DNA of 64,000 nt from the human T2T-CHM13v2.0 reference genome, Homo sapiens, in the NCBI RefSeq assembly GCF_009914755.1, contig NC_060938.1. The stretch is one strand, 5' to 3'. Each line of letters starts with the position of its first letter. The stretch's first letter is position 1. This document shows positions 47,801 through 64,000 of the stretch, piece after piece. Position numbers and translations under genes: made by a program. The notes under the pieces were generated by a model. That model was not told the DNA's origin. It saw only the letters and a program-made list of their open reading frames with translations, and ran no database searches.

Positions 47801-48453
47801 GAGCTAGAGTCCCACTGGCCTTTTATGACTCAAGCAGGCTTCAAGTATTTAAATGATTTTGTGTTAAAAGCAACCCCAGAGGCTAACATCACTGGCTTAG
47901 AAGTCTGAGAGCTGACAAATTAAAACCTAACAGCAATTATCCATATTTTTAGCATAAGAAAGTCTTAGCATTTTGTTGCCATAGAGATCAAAAAAGGAGC
48001 CCCACAGAGCCCTGCCCCTGAATTCAGGCCTTCTCATTTGGTCCCTAAGCTGGGTGAGACAGCCTCTCTCCCACCCCCTTATTATTAAGGCAGTGGTAGG
48101 TGCACCTTCCCTTTCACAGAGGTATTTCTGGAATACTCAGTTCCCTACAATTCACTGGTCCCAGGCCTGTGTTATCCCAGGCAGAGCCACATGGAAAGCA
48201 GGAGTTGAGGGGACTGACAGAGGAACAACAGTAGACATCAGGTCAGGAGAACCCTGCTGTTATACAAGACCCAAACCCCTTTGGATATTGGATTGGGATC
48301 GCTACTACAAAGAGGGTCAAAGGCAGGTACAAAGGCCAATAGAGTTAAGAAAGCTCAGCTTAGCTCTGGTACTTAACTCTTCAAGATCACAACCCCCCCC
48401 TCCCCGCCCCGCCCCACTAGAAAAAAACAAGTGTAGAATGCAGTACTGTCATA

Positions 48454-48467
48454 GTGCCATCTGCTGG
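48454..48467 (-). promoter_or_regulatory. CTCF motif
   Basis: Minus strand CCAGCAGATGGCAC, a full match to the CCASYAGRKGGCRS core. Confidence 0.7.
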
Positions 48468-48840
48468 AAAGATCTGTCATTAGGCACAGAGAAGGAGCCT
48501 GTTAAGTCTAAGTCTGTCCTGGTGCTGCAACTTGGCTGTTTGGGTAATTCTGTCCAGTGGGTAGCTGGGATGGAGATAGTTAGGATGAAGATAGATGGAG
48601 AAGACAACCATAGATCAACAGTGTAATGCAGATACAGAATGGGAACCCCACCCAGGTGTGAGTTTTCATTTTTCTTTCTAAAGGTGGTTAAATAAATAAA
48701 CACAATGATGTTACTAATGTTTTATATCCCTAGAAACATCATAAGTTGGGCTAATGAGAAGTTGTCAGACACACAACAAAGACCACACACAAATGGGCAA
48801 CAGCTGCCACAAGGAGGAGGCTTGCCTTTTGTACAAAGTT

Positions 48841-48876
48841 TTTATGTATATATATATGTATATATATTTATGTACA
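48841..48876 (-). terminator. RBM23: RBM23 proximal poly(A) region (variant CATAAA, UGUA and Pumilio element)
   Basis: Minus strand TGTACATA...CATAAA, followed by GU-rich tttgtgtgtggtctttgttgtgtg. Confidence 0.55.
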
Positions 48877-49126
48877 CAGACACAAGGGTATAAAATCCAG
48901 TGAGAAGGGCTCACACATGCCCAGGTAAGGGATGGGAGTAGCTATAATTGCCAGGGTTGAGGCCACAGTAGAGGCACACAGGAAGTGGTAGAGTAGCAGC
49001 CTCCCTCCATCCTCCTACCTCGGGCCAAAGGGAGGAAATGGGAGGAAGGACAAGTATACAAAGGAAGATGGAAGATACTGGAAAGGCATACTCCACCTTT
49101 TACTAAATTCCTGAAAGCCCCTAAAT

Positions 49127-49229
49127 GCCTCACAGGACAGATCACTCTCACACCTCCTGGCAGGACAGATCACTCTGAGGCCTCCTGGCAGGATAGATCA
49201 CTTCCATGCCTCCTAGCAAGATGCTGAGG
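49127..49229. repeat. 28-bp tandem repeat, about 3.5 copies, in RBM23 3'UTR
   Basis: Unit CCTCCTGGCAGGAYAGATCACTYYNNNN. Confidence 0.85.
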
Positions 49230-49792
49230 CTACAGTAGGTCTGGCCTCAAGCTGCTTCAAGCTAAGGTCTGAGGCTGGCTTCTCAATGCACGTCCATGCT
49301 ATCTCCCAGGGCCCTTGTAGCAGAAAGAGCACCTTCAAGGTTCACCCACAAACTCAGTCCTCTTGATTCAGAGGTCCTAAGGGTTTTCCTTGACAGACTA
49401 AAGGTTAAAGGTACAGGAAAAGGAGAGAGGTCAGTTCCTTCAGTTAATGCCCTATGGCCTTCCCAATGGGGGAGAAATTGAGGAATCACTAAGGTGTTGG
49501 AAAGGGCAAGAAGGTAATCTCAGAGACGATACACATGGAGAAACAGGTATTCAATGCAGGTGTGGATTCTGTTCTCTTCAACTGGTGGCTTTGCTCAGCA
49601 GAGTCCATTTCCAGTGGGACCATGGGCAGGAGCTTTTCTTGGTATCTTAAGGGTGGCCCCAATTTCCTCAGAGACAATGTCCATGCCCTCAGGATGGCTT
49701 GGTCCACAAAATGGAGAAATGGGGCCATGGAAGAGTAGATGTGAAGTGGCAGGATCCAGAGGCACAAGGAGGCAGTATACTGTGCCACTGAT

Positions 49793-60020
<10,228 letters not shown>

Positions 60021-60669
60021 CAATACATAAAAAAATAGTCAAGGATATAGAAGAAAACTGAGTATCTAGGAAGAAACAAAATACAACACTGATCCTGTTC
60101 TATGAAGAGAAAATGATGGTGGCCAAACTACTGTTCACTATAAAATAGACATTAGGTCTCCACTCTACTGTTCAAAATTCTGAATAAATACCTGGTTTAA
60201 ACTCAAATAATAAAAACAGGCCTGGCTGCTACAGATGTGAGAAAAATATAAAACGAAAAAATAATAAACAAATATAGGCGCATTATGTCCAATAAAAAGA
60301 TAAAGAGGCAAGACTAAAAATCAGAAGCAAGTCAAAGCAACACCAAAATGCAGATTTGCCCTAACGTCTTCCTCTCCGCATACCCTGAACACCAATAATT
60401 AGGGCCTTATCCCTGAGCATTTTCTAACCAATACCAACTACAGTTTAGGTAACTCAGAAATATGATGATTAAGACAGGCTCGACTAATCCCATCTTGAAA
60501 CCTTTCTCTCTGGCAGGCAAGGTAAAACGTGCCTCCCCAAGCTTTCACATCTAGAAACTGCCTTTCCCCAGGCTGTCTACCACCAGTTTGTCAAATAAGA
60601 AAAACAGAAAATACCAAAGAAAACCAATAGGATAAATTATTCAAATGTTATTGGTCTGGAATTATCAAC

Positions 60670-63868
<3,199 letters not shown>

Positions 63869-64000
63869 TCTACTTCTTCCAGTAACACTTTATATTTATT
63901 TAGCAATCAAAGGTAACAAATGCTGCAGACAGGTAATATATGATTCATACCCAAATTTTTTAAAACTAACGTTTTTTGAACTGCTCAAAGTCATACATAG

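Noticed and set aside
48054-48626. 190-aa plus-strand ORF
   Set aside because: Non-ATG start, no recognisable homology, lies antisense to the RBM23 3' region

Overview
Human (primate) genomic DNA, very Alu-dense, matching the chr14q11.2 LRP10-REM2-RBM23 locus (identified from the translated exons). Three spliced genes were reconstructed with GT-AG boundaries. LRP10 (+) has 7 coding exons at 20362-25585 (713 aa). REM2 (+) has 5 exons at 31346-34969 (340 aa, RGK GTPase). RBM23 (-) has 13 coding exons from 59469 to 49793 (440 aa on this haplotype); its non-coding exon 1 and promoter lie beyond the right edge. The first 19 kb is intergenic: Alus, an LTR-int-LTR MLT1 MaLR element, L2/MIR/MER2 fragments and Y1/Y3 RNA retrocopies. 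Most ORFs in the supplied track are Alu or antisense artefacts. The most interesting unexplained signals are: (1) a ~95-nt-periodic array of CCTTTAAG..CTTAAAGG palindromic hairpins in the REM2 3'UTR, next to tandem X-box/Kozak repeats; (2) RBM23 exons 2-3, flanked by inverted Alus, which would back-splice into a 189-nt circle with a stop-free rolling-circle ORF; (3) a protein-neutral RBM23 last intron with a dual-use splice site, plus possible fossil UHM sequence in the 3'UTR; (4) a 170-bp non-repeat duplication in the RBM23 3' region; (5) a strong-Kozak LRP10 uORF. Repeat boundaries are approximate and family calls are from recognition, not database search.
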